Positions 61,266-64,000 of a DNA stretch of 64,000 bases are shown here, piece after piece. Position numbers and translations under genes: made by a program. The notes under the pieces are model-generated. The model was given only the letters and a program-made list of their open reading frames with translations. It did no database searches and was not told the DNA's origin. The stretch's first letter is position 1; every line of letters starts with the position of its first letter. The stretch is from the human T2T-CHM13v2.0 reference genome, Homo sapiens: NCBI RefSeq assembly GCF_009914755.1, contig NC_060934.1; one strand, written 5' to 3'.

Positions 61266-64000
61266 TTAAGACAGATTGGTTACAAAATCACCAGGAAAGG
61301 TCACTCCTAACAGACTCATTATGCTTATGCTTAGGGTAAACAGTCATCAGCTACCCTGCAAAATAAGTGGCAGGGCTGCTGTATATTGAATACAAATTAT
61401 TTGCAGAACCCTCAGCTCTCCTTGCTTCATTTTGCTACTGGGATACACGGAAGCTGGCATTGTATGTTCATGTGTGTATTTATGTATCTGAGCATCTCAT
61501 TATAAATTATTATCTTCACATTCAAGAAAATAGCCAGCTCACAGGCACAACACCAACACAGGAGGGCTTTATAACATCGCATGCTTGAATCAGGTGCATT
61601 CTGTTTCATCTTGCTTTGTTTTGGTTTTTTTCTTCAGAATTTGGAAAGATATGATGGTTCTTAGGAGTCAGAACTTTTTCTTTTTTTAATAATATGGTTA
61701 GTCAGATAAGGCTTCTAGGTGAAACTTCTTCAAAAGTCCAGGGAACCTAGTGTTCTAATGCTTCCCCACTAACTCCTTCTGAAACCACATCTGCTCAAAG
61801 CCTTCTCAATCAAGACATGGGGAATCTGCCCTTCAAAGAAAAGGTAATTTCAGCAGATCTCAGGGGAGTTTTGCAATCAGAATTTCCTAAGATACAACTG
61901 TGGTGGAACTGGCTATGAAATGTATTAATGCTGATAACTGTGGTTTTATAATCCCCACCAATTACCACAAATTATAGCCGTGTGATTCTGGAAAAACCAC
62001 ATGCTGTGGAGTTGAATCCTGGAAAAATATACACTGGTTGTCTAATTTCCTTCCTAATTTTAAGAAGACTCATAAAAATCCTTGCCCTACCCTTCTTCTC
62101 CTAGAAGACTCTCAGGGACCAAAAATACTTGAGAGGCATTTGTACTTAAATCCTATGTAGCGAGCTCCAGAAATACTTTTTTGGCTGTTAATTAACTAAT
62201 TCAATGTTGATAAGCCTACTTAATGTACACTCCAGTAAACCAGTACATACAAAGAAACGTGGTCCTACCATCAAGGGGTTTACAGTAGCAGTAGGACAGA
62301 AAAGTGATGAAATAAAGTCAACACAATGGAGCTACAAAAACAACTGCAAGAGCAGAATCTCAGAAGTCAGAACTCACTGAGAAGAGCATGGAAGCGGGTG
62401 GGGAAAATACTTGGTAATAAGGACAGGAAACTGTTTCACCATGCTGGCCTTCAGTGTAAAGTCCTCTGAAAGCTGGCAATCTCCCCAAGTGCACAAATAC
62501 AGATGTTTGCTCGTTTGTAACTCCTGAACCAGAGAGCCACTAGCTCAGAGGCATCATCGTGGGAAAGCCCCCTGCAGTTTTCAGAGATGTTGCCTTATGA
62601 ATAATGGAAACTTTCAAGAATGATTTTGGTTTAAGAACAGGGATAAGTCCTTTTTTTAGGGTTGTGTATGTCAGCACTCTGCCCTGGTAAATTATCTGCA
62701 GACAGCATAGTCTATCAAAATGAACTCACTGCTGTTCATTTTTCCTGCCTGCCATGCTGTGTATTAACTATCATCCATTATTTTAAAAACATTTCTGGAA
62801 TCAAAGGTAAGAGCAAAAAGAAAAACAAAAGGGTAATAGGAGATAAATGCACTGCAAATGCTGGTCATACATGCTAGTAAGACAGGAAAAATATCTCATG
62901 GGGAAAAACAAAAGCCAATTTTTCCATAACAGCAGTAATATTCACAGGCTTGAATGCTTCCAGGAAGCTTAGGAAAGCACAGGGTTTGGGGACGTTGACA
63001 GTTATACCCTGGGGATGTTCTCATGGGGAAAGGTGTCAAGCAGATCATTAGTCAATTTGATCCCCCATTTACAAAGCACTGATGTTATGTGAATTTTTAT
63101 CCCCTTCCATACACACTGGTAGAAGCATACTATAGTATTAATATAGTCTACAAATATATTATTATTTTTGAGAATTACATGATTTTTTTGATATATTTGA
63201 GTATATCCTGAAATTTTTAAAAAAACAAAGTAGAAAGCATTGTCTTGAGTAAAAATAACTTCACATTTGGCTGCTGATTGCTCCCCTGATACCATGCATT
63301 TGGCATCAAATCCCCCTTTCCTGAAGCAACTCACAGCACTACTGTCACCTGTGTTATTACTGGAATCTTAAATTGTTATTTAACTTTGTCACTGGTGACA
63401 AAGAAAAGGTATACCTTGCTGCCTTAGAGTGATAGTGATCTTTCTCCCCAGTTCCCACCACATGTGTGTATGCCTGTCTCCAGCTCAACTTATGCTTGCT
63501 TCTTGGACAAAATGACACCTTAGCAAGACTCAGGAAAATGAAAATGTTAACTATCCAAGAGAAACAAAGCACCATAATTCCAAGAAATCCAGACCAAGTT
63601 TTGCTCTAAGGACACCCTTGACAAACATGCAAAATGAGCTTGTCTGCTCTGCCTTCTGTAGAATCAGAAGCACCTTCAAGGTGAGCACTCCCCTCGCAGC
63701 AATGGTAAATTTTAGCTGGTTTGTGCCAACACAGTTGCAAGCTAAATGCTTAACTGGGGATTAGACTCCAATTCAAACCACTTTCCAGGCACTGCCTCCT
63801 CACTTTATAATGTTATAGAATGATTATCAATAGCTGTGATTCTGAAACCAATCTGAGACCCGGGCCTCTGCAATTTAAAGCATATCAGTGATCTCTGTCA
63901 ACATTAATTTTCCCCATCCTAATTTGTATTTCTTTCACACCACAAAGGGATCTAAGTTTATGATTTACCTGGACAGCACGATCGTGTTCAGGTCTAAATG

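Overview
Primate (most likely human or other ape) non-coding genomic DNA, AT-rich and repeat-dense. I recognise no protein-coding exon, RNA gene, processed pseudogene or CpG island, so it is probably a large intron or intergenic region; the host gene cannot be named from sequence. Most ORF-track entries come from Alu, L1, THE1 or LTR12 sequence or are chance ORFs. Content: about 28 Alu/FLAM pieces, old L1s (L1PA13-16-like, L1PB, L1MB, L1MC, L1M), L2/MIR relics, MaLR LTRs (two THE1, two MLT1), LTR16, a complete solo LTR12C (ERV9) with a 4-bp TSD, hAT/mariner MITEs and microsatellites. I see no evidence of a new multi-gene system. The most notable signals are: (1) an AluY carrying an exact 23-bp copy of unique DNA from 1 kb away plus a re-copied piece of itself; (2) two THE1 LTRs each hit by an AluS at the same position after the ATTAAA signal, forming an inverted pair; (3) two three-armed Alus, each inside a single TSD; (4) a ~260-bp fold-back inverted repeat with unique arms; (5) a FOX:ETS plus GATA enhancer-like cluster beside an 83-bp Z-DNA tract; (6) a candidate 36-nt in-frame cassette exon; (7) a 212-codon minus-strand ORF downstream of the LTR12C promoter. 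Subfamily calls are from recalled consensus features, not a RepeatMasker run, and boundaries of old repeats are approximate.
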